DNA of 63,972 nt, the filler included, from Basidiobolus ranarum (lineage: Eukaryota), in NCBI GenBank assembly GCA_040143965.1. It is 36 parts of 36 records of this genome, joined end to end, with 100 filler letters (N's around TTAATTAATTAA, not from the genome) between each part and the next. Parts side by side here need not be neighbours in the genome. Positions count along the whole stretch, not along the records: positions 39,234 to 40,910 come from JASJQH010011449.1; positions 41,011 to 42,686 come from JASJQH010011450.1; positions 42,787 to 44,462 come from JASJQH010011451.1; positions 44,563 to 46,238 come from JASJQH010011452.1; positions 46,339 to 48,014 come from JASJQH010011453.1; positions 48,115 to 49,789 come from JASJQH010011454.1; positions 49,890 to 51,563 come from JASJQH010011455.1; 29 more parts are not named here. One strand, written 5' to 3'. The translations under genes and the position numbers were made by a program. The notes under the pieces are model-generated. The model was not told the DNA's origin. It worked only from the letters and a program-made list of their open reading frames with translations, and did not search any database. Shown here piece by piece: positions 39,234 to 51,663 of this stretch (its first letter is position 1; each line of letters starts with the position of its first letter).

Positions 39234-40480
39234 CAACTAAACCTATGATTCAGAAGCTTCCACCCAAATACTTAGCCATTGCTGATGTCTTTGACATGGA
39301 AAAATCTGATATACTCCCAGCTCACTGCCCATATGATTGCCATATAGATCTACAAGAAGGAAAACAACCACCATTTGGGCCTATCTACAGGCTGACCAAG
39401 CCAGAACTCATCATTCTGAAAGAGAATATTGCAGAAAATCTTGAGAAAGAATTTATCCAACATTCAAAGTCTCCATCAAGCTCTCCAATTGTACTTGTTA
39501 GGAAAAAGGATGGAACCCTCTGTCTCTGAGTTGATTATGAAGGCCTAAATAGCATTACAGTGAAAAGTTGGTACCCCTTGCCATTAATCAATTCACTGTT
39601 GGATCAACTTGCTTGAGCCAAGGTATTTACAAAGATTAACTTAAGAGGTGCTTGCAAGCTGCTAAGAATCAAACTAGGAAACCAATGGAAAACTGCCTTT
39701 TGAACTTGCTATGAACGCTTTGAATACAATATCATGCATTTGGACTTACCAATGCCCCTGCAGTCTCTCAACACATGATGAATGAAATCTTTGGTGAGTA
39801 TCTTGACTAGGTTGTTGTAATCAATCTTGACAATATCCTGCTCTTCTCAAGCTCTCAAGAAAAGCATAATATTGATGTTTCCCAAGTCCTACAAAAGTTG
39901 AAAACCACTGGTCTCAGTGCTAAACTTGAGAAATGTGAACTTAACCAAGCTCAAGTTGAATTCCTTCAATATAATATCAGCCTATCAGGAATCTCCATGG
40001 ACCCTAAGAAGGTTGAATCTTTTCTGTCTTGGGATACACCCAAGAATGTGAAGGATGTCCAGTCTTTCCTCGGATTTGCAAACTTTAACTAATGGTGTGT
40101 CAAGAACTACTTCAAAATATCTGCTCCATTATCAAATCTTAAACAGAAAGAACTCCCGTTTGACTGGAACCCATCTTGCCTATAAGCATTTCTAACTTTA
40201 GAGAATGCTTTACATCAGCACCAATCCTGGCACACCCCATGCTAGACAAGCCATTTATTGCTGAAACTGATGCCTCTGACTTTGCTCTAAGGGCAGTATT
40301 ATCACAGTATGGTCATGACAACTTACTACACCTTGCTGTCTTTTACTGAAGAAAGTTCTCTGCAGCACAAATCAACTATGACATCTGTGACAAGGAACTA
40401 TTAGCAATTATTGCTACACTTGAACAATGGTGACAATACTTTGATGGAGCAAATCACAAAATCACAGTTTGTTGTGAGCA
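39234..40480 (+). mobile_element. Ty3/Gypsy RT-RNase H remnant
   Basis: PPFGPIY, SPIVLVRKKDGTL, YPLPLI, WKTAF, GLTNAP, VQSFLGFANF, ETDASDFA and DKELLAI motifs; many stops. Confidence 0.95.
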
Positions 40481-41010
40481 CCTGACAAACATATATACTG
40501 GCTTCAATGTCCTTTGAGAATGATCAGATAAAAAGGATATATCCAATCAAAAACAGCTGTAAACTCAGCCTGCAGGGTCTTGAACAAGGATGCACTAGTA
40601 GTGGACTTGCTGCATTGTGCCAGGATTTATTGGACCTTAGATCAATATATTGGATTAAGTGTGATTAAAATTGATCATGCCAGAGGGTGATGGATAGTGC
40701 CTAATTGTGCCACATAAAATTTAAAATAATTTATCCAATATGATATATACAGCACAATCTGGCACTATCACAGAGAACAAGTCCAGTGATTTATCCAGGA
40801 TATGTAAAGCTCCTTGCCTATGCAGACTAAGCTAGCAAAAAAAAAAAAAGAATCAGAAATTTAACACCTACCGCTCTGTACTACCTTTGAGCTGGTCAAG
40901 GCCGTGCTAGNNNNNNNNNNNNNNNNNNNNNNNNNNNNNNNNNNNNNNNNNNNNTTAATTAATTAANNNNNNNNNNNNNNNNNNNNNNNNNNNNNNNNNN
41001 NNNNNNNNNN

Positions 41011-41858
41011 CAATTTTATGAAGGTAAGTAAATGGTCAACCCCAAATGGATTAAAATTGTGACGGTTTTCCTATGATAACAATCCTCAAATTTCTGTTAG
41101 GGATATGTTCCTTTCCAGCAATAGTGCAAGTGAAGAGATTGTAATCCCCCAATCACATAGTAAATCAATAGTTGAGTAAAGTTCAACCAAAACACCATCA
41201 AGACCATTGACTGTCAAAATGGCTACTTTGGCCACTATTGAACAACCATCTGTAGAATATTTAGATAGAATTATTGCAACAAGGGAATTGCAGGCAGAAC
41301 ACAATAATGATTTGTATGCAACCATAAGTAAAAACTATGAAGTTGCTATACAGGCTATAACAAGTAATAATGCTGCAATATTGCAATTAATGCAGTGTTT
41401 GGAAGCAACTTGTCACAATAAGGAACTGGACAAGGACTGGAAACAACAACAAGAGGATGGAAGGCAGGAGAGTACTTGGGTGTAGACGACAAGGCAAGAC
41501 AGGACAGGGAAGATACTTAAGTAATGATGAAGCATTAATCAATTTACCAGATGTGTTCCTTTCCTGCAATAGTGCAAGTGAAGAGATTGTAATCCCCCAA
41601 TCACATAGTAAATCAATAGTTGAGCAAAGTTCAACCAAAACACCATCAAGACCATTGACTGTCAAAATGGCTACTTTGGCCACTATTGAACAACCCTCTG
41701 TAGAACATTTGGATATAATTATTACAACAAGGGAATTGCTGACAGAACACAATAATGATTTGTATGCAACCATAGGTAAAAACTATGAAGTTGCTATACA
41801 GGCCATGACAAGTAATAATGCTGCAATATTGCAATTATTGCAGTATTTGGAAGCAAAT
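41011..41858. mobile_element. CACTA left end (rc, to 41102) inserted into ORF2 5' region, which is tandemly duplicated (period 448 bp)
   Basis: 41104..41518 resembles 41552..41961. Both copies include the ORF2/LTR-G junction (TGTCAC at 41411 and 41859). Confidence 0.88.
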
Positions 41859-42382
41859 TGTCACAATAAGGAACTGGACAAGGACTGGAAACAATGACAA
41901 GAGGATAGATGCCAGGAGAGTACTTGGGTATAGACCACAAGACAGGGCAGGGAAGATACTTTGGCAAGAATCTTTATTGATAACTGGTATGGATCAGACT
42001 GAGGTCTGATCAAGGAATACATGGGGCTTATATGGATATGAAAAATAATATACTGAATAGGGAATATACTGTGGCAAGTTTGAGAGTTGGGGTGTTAGGG
42101 GCTACAAGGACCAATATAAAGAGGGATGATGTAATGGATGTTGTAAGGATGATCAGGTGACCTTCCATGGAAGGTCTTGGCAGAAATACACTATGTCTGG
42201 GATGACATGATTGGTTAGGTTTCATGGAATGTTCCAAAGAACATGATTTCCATAAAAGGTAATCTGGATGAACTGACACCAGATTGGCAAGCAGCAATGG
42301 CACAGCAGATATGATGTCATAATCTAATAGTAGAGAAGTTCTATTTGTTGTGGATCAGTATGCCAAGATCAGAATCATGACA
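41859..42382 (+). mobile_element. LTR family G (524 bp, probably Gypsy)
   Basis: TGTCAC...ATGACA inverted ends. The same right boundary occurs at 26935. Confidence 0.78.
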
Positions 42383-42686
42383 TATTGTGATCACAAGAAT
42401 CTACAGTATTGTAGTACAACCAAAGTTCTCAACCATTGTCAAGCAAGATGGTCATTATTTCTTGCCAGTTTTGACTTTGAGATTACATATAGACCAGGTA
42501 GCCAGCAAGGAAAGCCTGATGCCTCATCACCTAGAGCAGAATATCAGCCTAAAGAAGGGGATCAGGCCTTTGGCCAACAAAATACTTCCTTACTGAAGCC
42601 TCACCAACTTCAAATTAGTGCAACTGCCCTTTCTCTTCCTAGTTCAAGCACATTCCATGAAGACATCTGCAAACTCCAATCTGAAG
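42383..42686 (+). mobile_element. Gypsy RNase H C-terminal remnant
   Basis: YCDHKNLQY...[20 protein letters not shown]...KPDA. Confidence 0.92.
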
Positions 42687-42786
42687 NNNNNNNNNNNNNN
42701 NNNNNNNNNNNNNNNNNNNNNNNNNNNNNNTTAATTAATTAANNNNNNNNNNNNNNNNNNNNNNNNNNNNNNNNNNNNNNNNNNNN

Positions 42787-43313
42787 ATAGATATTAAGCA
42801 TCACTTCATTAGAGAGACTATAGAGAATAAGTTTATTGACTTAACTTATTGTTCTACTGAAGACATGATTGCTGATATATTAACCAAACCATTAGCTGGA
42901 CAGAAATTTGAGAAATTTAGACCTTTATTAGGATTAGTTTATATGACTATTTAGTTTGGGGAGAGTGTTGAAATTAGCATTGCCTGAACACCTTTATAGT
43001 CATATATAACTTTATAATTAGTTATCTTATATTTCACTATGATATTATCAATTATTCTCAATCGGAATCTACTTAGAATATTTTTACCAACTTAGAAGTT
43101 CTCAGATATATAGATTTTTCAAACTTGTGCCAAAGGCCCCAAACTTTGCACACATGTTGCTGGGACCTTCCTTAACATATTCTACACATTAGTTTGATTA
43201 CATCTTGACAAAACTATAAGTGTCAACTTTCTACTCAATAAATCAATAAGTGAAAACCACCAATTCCTCTAATTCTCCATACCACTTCCAACAGGCTCCC
43301 AAATACTTGAACA
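42787..43313 (+). mobile_element. Copia RNase H end, PPT and 3' LTR family B (42966..43313)
   Basis: IDIKHHFIRE...DMIADILTKPL; GGGGAGAG precedes TGTTGAAATTAG. Confidence 0.93.
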
Positions 43314-43828
43314 TATCTTTCACAATGCTTAGAGAATGTAGGCCCTTGCTATACATTCTGGGAGTTCCCAAGGGAGTGCACCTGCAGTGAAATAATGCTC
43401 AATGTGAAACTGTGAGTATTAGTGTACACCAATCTGATCAACAATGTATCAGCAAAATCAGTGATGGATTTAATATTATAAGTTGAGGAGACTCCAGATT
43501 AGCTGTGGTCCATTCTATTGAGCCAGATCAGGGCAGCTAAAAAGTGTGTCAGCACAAATTGGCACAATTGGGCACTATCTGGCACAATGTTTTTACCATT
43601 TCAGAAACAGTAGTTCTACTTATGAGGTATATTTAGAAAAAGTACTTTTATACATTCCTATGCATTAAAATATGATGAAAGCTTCATTCATGGTGTCTTG
43701 AGTCCAGAGTTCTGAATGAATATCTCTGAGTATGAATGTATTGAGAATTAATCAGGATTTTGACTACTTTGCCTAACTTTGATTGAGGCCCACAAAATGA
43801 TTTTCCTCCATACTTTCCAGCCACAATA

Positions 43829-44462
43829 TTCTAACAGAAATTTGAGGATTGTTATCATAGGAAAACCATCACAATTTTAATCCATTTGGGATTGACCATT
43901 TACTTACAGTCATAAAATCATCAAGTTAGATTTGATTTTAATCAATTTTTTCAGTTTCAGGAGTGAAATTTCAAGATCTCACAAAATAGTTGCACATGAT
44001 TTGCTACAATCTCAGCAAACTATGAATCAATGCATGTGCAAAACATGTAACTCAAATTTTACACATTGGCCACTTGAATGCTAATTTGTCACCTTTGAAA
44101 TACCTAGTCTCTTTGATATATTGGCCTGAATACTTTTATAGAGTTCTTCATATCCAAGGTTTAGCTCATACCAAACACAAGTTTGTATCAATATCTCCAT
44201 CAAAGCCTACTAATGTATTAACATTACTGAATCAACATTTTTCCAGATATCTGGTGGATACCCTGCAATTTTGTGCCACTTGATTTTAAGTTCTTCCCAG
44301 ATATCTGCATGGTCAACACCGGATTGAATGTCAAATTGAATGTTCTTCTTCTGAAGCCACTTTCTGCATACTTGCACTGCATTTTTCCCTTCATACTTTT
44401 GAAAATACTCCTCAAGCACTTTGACTATTTTGTATGTCCTTGTAGTGTGACACTACTGAGAG
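43829..44462 (+). mobile_element. CACTA left end (a transposase scrap also lies at 43314..43500)
   Basis: TTCTAACAGAAATTTGAGG terminus with the ORF2 tail antisense. Confidence 0.9.
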
Positions 44463-44562
44463 NNNNNNNNNNNNNNNNNNNNNNNNNNNNNNNNNNNNNN
44501 NNNNNNTTAATTAATTAANNNNNNNNNNNNNNNNNNNNNNNNNNNNNNNNNNNNNNNNNNNN

Positions 44563-45422
44563 CTGAGAATAATTGATAATATCTTAGTGAATTATAAGAT
44601 AACTAAGCACTAAGCTACATATGACTATATAGGTGTTTAGGCAATGCTAATTTCAACATGCTTCTCATATTTCTAGAACTTTTCCCTCCTCTGAAACATT
44701 GGATTGAACCAAATATCATGTTTGGAAAATTAAAATGAAAATGCTGCTGCAAGAAAAAGGACTTTGAGATATTGTTGTAGGAAAAGAAAACAGTGCAAAG
44801 CTATTGGATATTAATCTTTATTCAACATCTTATATAACTTTAGTAATGATACAAATATCAGAAACAGAAAGCAACATATCTATAGTCCCTATATTTTAAT
44901 TAGGAATATCTCTATATTTATATAATAAGTATGTCTTATTACCTCCACTTATCTATAACATCTTGTTACCTAAACTCCTGTATACCTCGAATAATTGATT
45001 TACTTCTCTACTATATAATTCATCATATTCTCTCAAGAATAAAGTAACCAAACACTGTTATAAGTTACCTCTAATATATACAGTCTACCCCATTAAGCCA
45101 AGATCCTCCAACATGGTAGCAGCAAGTGATTTATAGTCTTCTTTCCAAAAGGAGGTCACTAATATTCCAGTGTGCAATGGGGAAGATTTCCATTGATGGA
45201 AATTCAAGATGCAACTTGACCTTGTAAGGGAAAATGACTAGGAAGTAGTTCAACCTGATGAAGAAGTAGAAACTTCTGAAAAAGAAAGTACAGATTCTGA
45301 CACTGACACAAAGAAGCCATTATGCAAAGGAGACAGGGTAACATTCAAAGAAAAACACAGATTGGCATTTAGGGAAATATGTCTAAGACTGGGATTACAA
45401 CAATTTATGCTAGCCAGAGATA
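44563..45422. mobile_element. Nested Copia: LTR-B (rc, to 44658), gag-B (44659..44801), 5' LTR-A (44802..45113), PBS TGGTAGCAGC, gag-A
   Basis: The LTR-A end CCAACA is followed by TGGTAGCAG. Gag reads NGEDFH*WKFKMQL. Confidence 0.88.
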
Positions 45423-46238
45423 CCCTAACAGAAATTTGAGGATTGTTATTGTAGGAAAACTGTCACAATTTTAATCCATTTGGGATTGACTATTTACTGA
45501 CTGTCATAAAATTGTCAAGTTCGATTTGATTTTAATCAATTTTTTTGGTTTCAGAAGTAAAATTTCAAGATCTTGCAAAATAGTTACACATGATTGGCTA
45601 CAATCTCAGCAAACTATGGATCAACACATATGCAAAAAACATAACTCAAATTTTGCACATTTACCACTTGAATGCTAGTTTGTCATCTTCTAAATTCCTA
45701 GTTTCTTTGATATATTCTCCTGAATATTTTTCTAGAGTATTTCACACCCAAGGTTTAACTCATATCCAACACAAGTTTGTATCAATATCTCCATCAAAGC
45801 CCACCATTGCATGAATGTTGCTGAATCAACAATCTTCCAGCTATCTGGCAGACACCCTGCAATATTGTGCCACTTCATATCACATTCTTCCCAGATATCT
45901 GCATGGTCAACAACAGACTGAATGTCAAGTAGAATGTTCTTCTTCTGAAGCCACTTTCTGCATACTTGCACTGTATTTTTCCCTTCATACTTTTGAAAAT
46001 ACTCCTCAAGCACTTTGACTATTTTCATATATCCTTGTCATGTAACACTACTGAGGTTGTGTTGTAATGTTGGTATGGCTTTTTGCTTGCCTTTACCTTT
46101 GGGGCTAATTCAACACTTTGAAAAGTACCAGTTGAGGTTGGAGAGCCATGAGTTTTATTAGCTGGTGTTTTGGCTTGTTGAGAGGTGCCAGGTGTTGGAT
46201 AAACTTCCAAATTTAGCACTCTTCCAACTGGTGTACCT
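45423..46238 (+). mobile_element. CACTA left end inserted in gag-A
   Basis: CCCTAACAGAAAT terminus with ORF2 antisense. Confidence 0.92.
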
Positions 46239-48114
46239 NNNNNNNNNNNNNNNNNNNNNNNNNNNNNNNNNNNNNNNNNNNNTTAATTAATTAANNNNNN
46301 NNNNNNNNNNNNNNNNNNNNNNNNNNNNNNNNNNNNNNCTAGTGCCGAAGCAGTAATTACACGAATCCAAACGAATGTTTCAAAATCCGTAATGCTAGGC
46401 TTCATAGCTGTCTTGGTTTTTTTGGAACATCTGGAAATTTCGTGATTGGCTAGGATCGAGTCACGCTTAAAACATGGTATATATCATTGCTTGTGGATTT
46501 CGTGGATTTTGAGGACTTCGAGGATTTCAAGCATTGCTGTATCAGCCCTTCTTTTGCATGGGATGGTTGTATAGCCTGATCAGCTCAATGATCCATGCCA
46601 GATGCCATTACATCGCCAGAATCGCTATGCAAATCTGCATATCTTCGTGTATCTACAATAACTTATGCTAGATTCGGCGCCGCCTGCTCCGGCATGCTCC
46701 GATGGAATGCTGATACATGGCTAACACTGTTGTAGGCAACTGAGTCAAAGCCATCATGCATATCTGCGAAAATGGTAGTGTATCAGCAACCATTGCTATA
46801 GATATGCGTATTGGTGAGTTATCTCAGATCTTGCCAGCATACCAATATGGACCGCACAGAATGGCCTAAAATAAATTACAGTTTTGGTCAAGCATTCACA
46901 ATCTCTATTGGCTGATAAAAGCCCCGTATCTGAGTTTCAGATCTGTTAATTATCGATAACAGAGCCAAAATGGGACTAATGTGGTAGTAAAAGCACACCT
47001 GGAATCATGGTTTTCGGCAAGAGTGGATATATATGGAATAAAATAGCGGTCACCAGTAGCCATCCTCAGTGTATGGTTTTTGCATGTCCGGGTAAATTCT
47101 GCTGGGAGATTAGTATCCCCTTCGGATACTTCGACAAAAATGGAAATATCAGTACAGACCAACTTCCATGCTCACTAATCCACAATAGTCTAGTGCACTG
47201 ACTGATGCATTCGGTTGATTCAGTGGCAACTTTGCATGGATCAAATCGATGGAATTTCATGTGGTTGCTTATTATGAAGATTCCAGGCAACGGTTCAGGA
47301 ATAAGCTTCAACGCCTGCATGCATATGGCAATTCCAGTGAAAAAATATCGATTTGGAGATGGATCGCTATATTTGTTGAATAAAGGGGCATTAGGAATTC
47401 TAGAGTGATGATGTCAATCAAGATTAGAGGTTGCTGCTGTACTGGCAATACGAGAAACTTCAAGATCCTCAACGTAAAATCAGAACGGTAACGGGTAGCC
47501 ATTACATAGACCATGTATTCTCTACGGCACAAAATTGGTACTTCAGCAACCGAAACAACAGCAACCTTGGGCATCGAGTAGCGCTGCTAATCCAGGTGTC
47601 ACTAGCTGTGAAATCTATTTTTACTTGATATCAAAGACTGATTTTACGGGGTTTCTGCTGGTAGCACCTGATCTTTAATATAGAACTTGGCTTATCGGTG
47701 AGCAACCTCGCGTTTGATATGGCAATTGAATGATGGATCAAGATATGTCATATATTGTGTGCTTACGATGATTTATACGAAGCCTAGCTTTACCTCCATT
47801 GCTGCAAAATGAGCCCATGCTATTTTCAAATACTTACGAGATCATTGCACTGATTGTGGAACGAACGGCCTATGCCAGTGAGAGAAACAGGCTTACTATT
47901 CCAGGACTCTACGAACTAGGATCTTTATAAATGTTGATTGGCAATGCGGGCTCATCAGTTAAGACAAGCTAGTAGTGTGAGAGACGTCATTGGTGGCACT
48001 TTATCATTTGAGAGNNNNNNNNNNNNNNNNNNNNNNNNNNNNNNNNNNNNNNNNNNNNTTAATTAATTAANNNNNNNNNNNNNNNNNNNNNNNNNNNNNN
48101 NNNNNNNNNNNNNN

Positions 48115-48210
48115 GAAGTCTTGGGTCTTTATGGTTTGATTGTTGGTCTTATCTTGAACACCAGAGCTACTGGTAAGGATGCTGAGCTCTGTGCCTACCT
48201 CGACAAATAA
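48115..48210 (+). CDS. VMA3: V-ATPase proteolipid subunit c, C-terminal fragment
   Basis: EVLGLYGLIVGLILNTRATGKDAELCAYLDK*, starting at the conserved TM4 Glu. A c' (VMA11)-type paralog is not excluded. Confidence 0.88.
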   Translation, partial: EVLGLYGLIVGLILNTRATGKDAELCAYLDK

Positions 48211-49377
48211 GTATCTTCGTTCAAACTTACATGATACCAAATTCGTACGCCTACACTTATCCTTAATTCACAAAATTGTATGATTTTAACATTCGCCTCT
48301 TTTTTTGTTGACCGTCATCCCTACACTAATTGACACTTAAAAGCGATTCAATTTATAATTCAGTTCATGTTAAGATCCTCAACAAACGATTTTCTTCAAC
48401 CTTAGACCTATATTGATTAATAAATCATCACTTTTCAGCAGGTTCAATTTTCTTGGTTGGGACAAGATCGACTGTTCAAAATAGAATTCCCTGAATCTTC
48501 TAGGATCTATCTAAATCCTCGGCTTGTATCAGCGCTTAAGGGAATTTTATTATTTTGCCTCTTTTGTCCCAATTAGATGATACTAAGCCTCCCCCCTTTA
48601 CGCACTTTTTATTACCAAATCAATCGGTGTTCGTAATACAAAATGAAGTGCTGATATATCTGTGATTGGTAGAAATGTGCACATATAGCATGTTACTTGC
48701 TTCAAATCAGCAAAGGATATAAAGAAGGGTGAAGCGCCAGTAAGCGTAAGCGATCTAACGCGCAGAATCAACTAACATAACAACGACAAACCACTGTGGT
48801 GATCTCGGATTTATAAATGTGAATGGGTAAGTTTGGCCACATCAATAGACCAGGGTGCCTGAGTTTGAGTACGTATTTCACTTTCACCTACTTAGCAAGG
48901 GATGGAATAAGGATAGGGATGGCGAAGAACCCAGATTTGGTATACTAATAAAAGACATGTGGAACCTGGGATTCCACTCGTTTATCACTGAACATTGCCA
49001 TTAAATATTTGGAAGATTCGATAATTCATCAATGTAATTGAAAAGCTGGGGTCAGTGCTTGTTTTTTCCTTATACTTGAGTTTATATTGTTTCTATTGTT
49101 TGTAGTCTGTATTTTACTTTAAGTACGAATATGTAGGGGATTGGTGAGATTCACATCAGTTTTCCAAATCTTGTTATTGGCCTATCAGCGCTGCGATATC
49201 TCTGTAGGTGAGGTAATGGAGATGAAGGGTTAGGTTTGTATTTATTTTATATGAATGGACGAGGTCAGTTTCTTACCACTTGATACTTTCATCTTAGGGA
49301 TTTATAATTCCTGCTTGTTGCTCTTTACCTCCCTTTGACCACTCAAGTCTATTTCCTTTCGTCTGTCATCTTTAAAA

Positions 49378-49789
49378 ATGTCTGCTGTTGCTACTCAATT
49401 CTGCCCCGTTTATGCCCCTTTCTTCAGCTCAATGGGATGTGCTTCTGCCATCGTATTCGCTAGTTTCGGTGCCGCTTACGGTACCGCCAAGTCTGGTGTT
49501 GGTCTCTCTGCTATGGGTGTCCTTCGTCCTGACCTCGTCATGAGAGCTATCGTTCCCGTAGTCATGGCTGGTATTATTGCTATTTACGGTCTAGTCGTTG
49601 CTGTCTTAGTGTCAGGTTCACTCAGTGCCAAGATGTCACTCTTCACTGCATTTGTCCATCTTGGTGCTGGTCTTTCCGTCGGTCTTTCCGGACTTGCTGC
49701 CGGTTTTGCTATTGGAGTTGTCGGTGATGCTGGTGTTCGTGCCATTGCTCAGCAACCACGTGTTTTCGTTGGTATGATTTTTATTCTAA
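49378..49789 (+). CDS. VMA3: V-ATPase proteolipid subunit c, first 137 codons (intronless here)
   Basis: [35 protein letters not shown] and [18 protein letters not shown] motifs; strong codon bias. Confidence 0.97.
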
Positions 49790-49889
49790 NNNNNNNNNNN
49801 NNNNNNNNNNNNNNNNNNNNNNNNNNNNNNNNNTTAATTAATTAANNNNNNNNNNNNNNNNNNNNNNNNNNNNNNNNNNNNNNNNNNNN

Positions 49890-50101
49890 TGCACATGTGT
49901 TGATCCATAGTTCTCTGAGATTTTAGCCAATCATTCGCAACTATTTTGCAAGATCTTGAAATTTCACTCCTGAAACTGAAAAAATTGATTAAAATCAAAT
50001 CTAACTTGACGATTTTATGACGGTAAGTAAACGGTCAATCCCAAATGGATTAAAATTGTGACGGTTTTCCTACGATAACAATCCTCAAATTTCTGTTAGG
50101 G
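49890..50101 (-). mobile_element. Least-decayed CACTA left end (six CpGs intact)
   Basis: Ends ATTTCTGTTAGGG and retains CG where other copies have TG or CA. Confidence 0.93.
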
Positions 50102-51183
50102 AATGCATTGAAGTACCTATTACTGATCAGGATAACATAGCTACAGTCCTGAATAGCCTGCTGTTAAAGCTTATTGTCTTTATCATATTTGTTATCTCTG
50201 TCTTTATACACCCACTTATTTCATATATCACATATAAGTTAGTTAACATTACTTAGTCAATTATCACTGAACTGTAAATTGGAACATATATTACAAATAT
50301 ATGTGAATAATGTGAGAATTAGCAATTCCATATTGGAAATTTCAAACTTGTCCAAATTGCCCCAGAGATAGCTCATTTTACTCCCACAGATGTTCAAACA
50401 CAACCCCAGTGTTGGTTTTCTGAATTTCCACCAAAATGTATAAATGCCTTATTTCTGGACAATAAATAATTATCTCACATAGCTATTCACAACTCCACTT
50501 TTCTAAAGTTCCTCCAAACAGCCCATATTTTCCCAATACCTGCTGCATGAGTTACTGAGCCAAGTAATGCCTCTGGAATTAAGAACTCAAAATTTGAACT
50601 CAAATTTTGTATATGGCAGACTCCTAGATGAAGATTTTGTCAAATTAGGATGAAACCAAAAGAATGAAGAAAATACCTCCACAGGCTACAGGAAATGTTC
50701 CCATAAAGGTTAAACAAGCTTCAAGATGAAAAGAAACATATTTTGTGATTATTGTAAAAGACCTGGCCATTTGAGCAAGGATTGCTTTAAAAGAATTGCA
50801 AAAGAAGAAAAATGCACTGAATCTAAGTCATAGCAAAAGATCACTTGTTCATGTCTGCTCTATCTTTGACTATCAACAAGGATTCTCAGATATGGTATAT
50901 TGACTCTGGAGCTGTCTCCCATTTCACAAATGAAAATCATTGGTTTGTGCATTGCAAGGAAATCCCAATTAAAAAGGCTTTTATGGGAGATAACCATACA
51001 ATGGATGCCATTAGAAAGGGAACAATTCAAGTCAACTTAACTTGTGCTTCCAAAGAGAAGATGAACACTTTTAAAGATATACTACATGTTCCAGTTATTG
51101 CCAAGAATCTAATATGATTTTACAAGGGCTCCTCTAAAGGGCTAAAATTCAATTTTGTTAAGTCAGGATGTACAATTACTGAT
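50102..51183 (+). mobile_element. Copia gag-protease remnant
   Basis: Zinc knuckle CDYCKRPGHLSKDC, WYIDSGAVSH and DILHVPVIAKNLI. Confidence 0.9.
50162..50538 (+). mobile_element. Solo LTR family E (377 bp)
   Basis: Interrupts gag, with a perfect CCTGC TSD at 50157..50161 and 50539..50543. Starts TGTT and ends AATA (decayed AACA). Confidence 0.8.
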
Positions 51184-51563
51184 TGTTGTGCACCAACATA
51201 CAAAGTTGTTTAACTTATGCCATATCTATACAACTTGCATGAATATCTGTTTAGTTTATCACTATTGCTAACTAGTCACCTGACTTTATCATGTGACCTA
51301 TCACCTGACTAACTATCTATTTGCTTATCCCTTCTATCAGATCATATGACCTATCACATGATCATTATCCAATCAGTATTAACCTCTGAGTCATCTGCCT
51401 AGACACAAGTCAATTTGAGTCACAAGATTCATAACCAATGATCTTTCACTGTCAAGACTTCAGCTGATGCATGACTCACTTATCTATCTATCTATCTATC
51501 CAATCACATTTTCTTTTATCAGAATTAGTCATCTAATATCTTGGCGCTGACTAATTCACTTTG
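51184..51563 (+). mobile_element. LTR-like repeat family D (truncated by contig end)
   Basis: Starts TGTTGTGCACC; shared with 37457..37607. Confidence 0.75.
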
Positions 51564-51663
51564 NNNNNNNNNNNNNNNNNNNNNNNNNNNNNNNNNNNNN
51601 NNNNNNNTTAATTAATTAANNNNNNNNNNNNNNNNNNNNNNNNNNNNNNNNNNNNNNNNNNNN

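Noticed and set aside
40846-40910. Oligo-A next to a short GC-richer tract as a Pol III RNA gene
   Set aside because: No tRNA, 5S or snRNA features are recognisable. It could equally be an exon/intron edge on the minus strand.
40460-42420. Gypsy RNase H breaking at VCCEH and resuming at YCDHKNL as one interrupted element
   Set aside because: The pieces lie in different contigs and no linkage is shown.
49378-49845. ORFs ending in X-runs or LIN (also 31830..32075, 42350..42742 and others)
   Set aside because: They read through the spacer; the true sequence stops at the contig edge.
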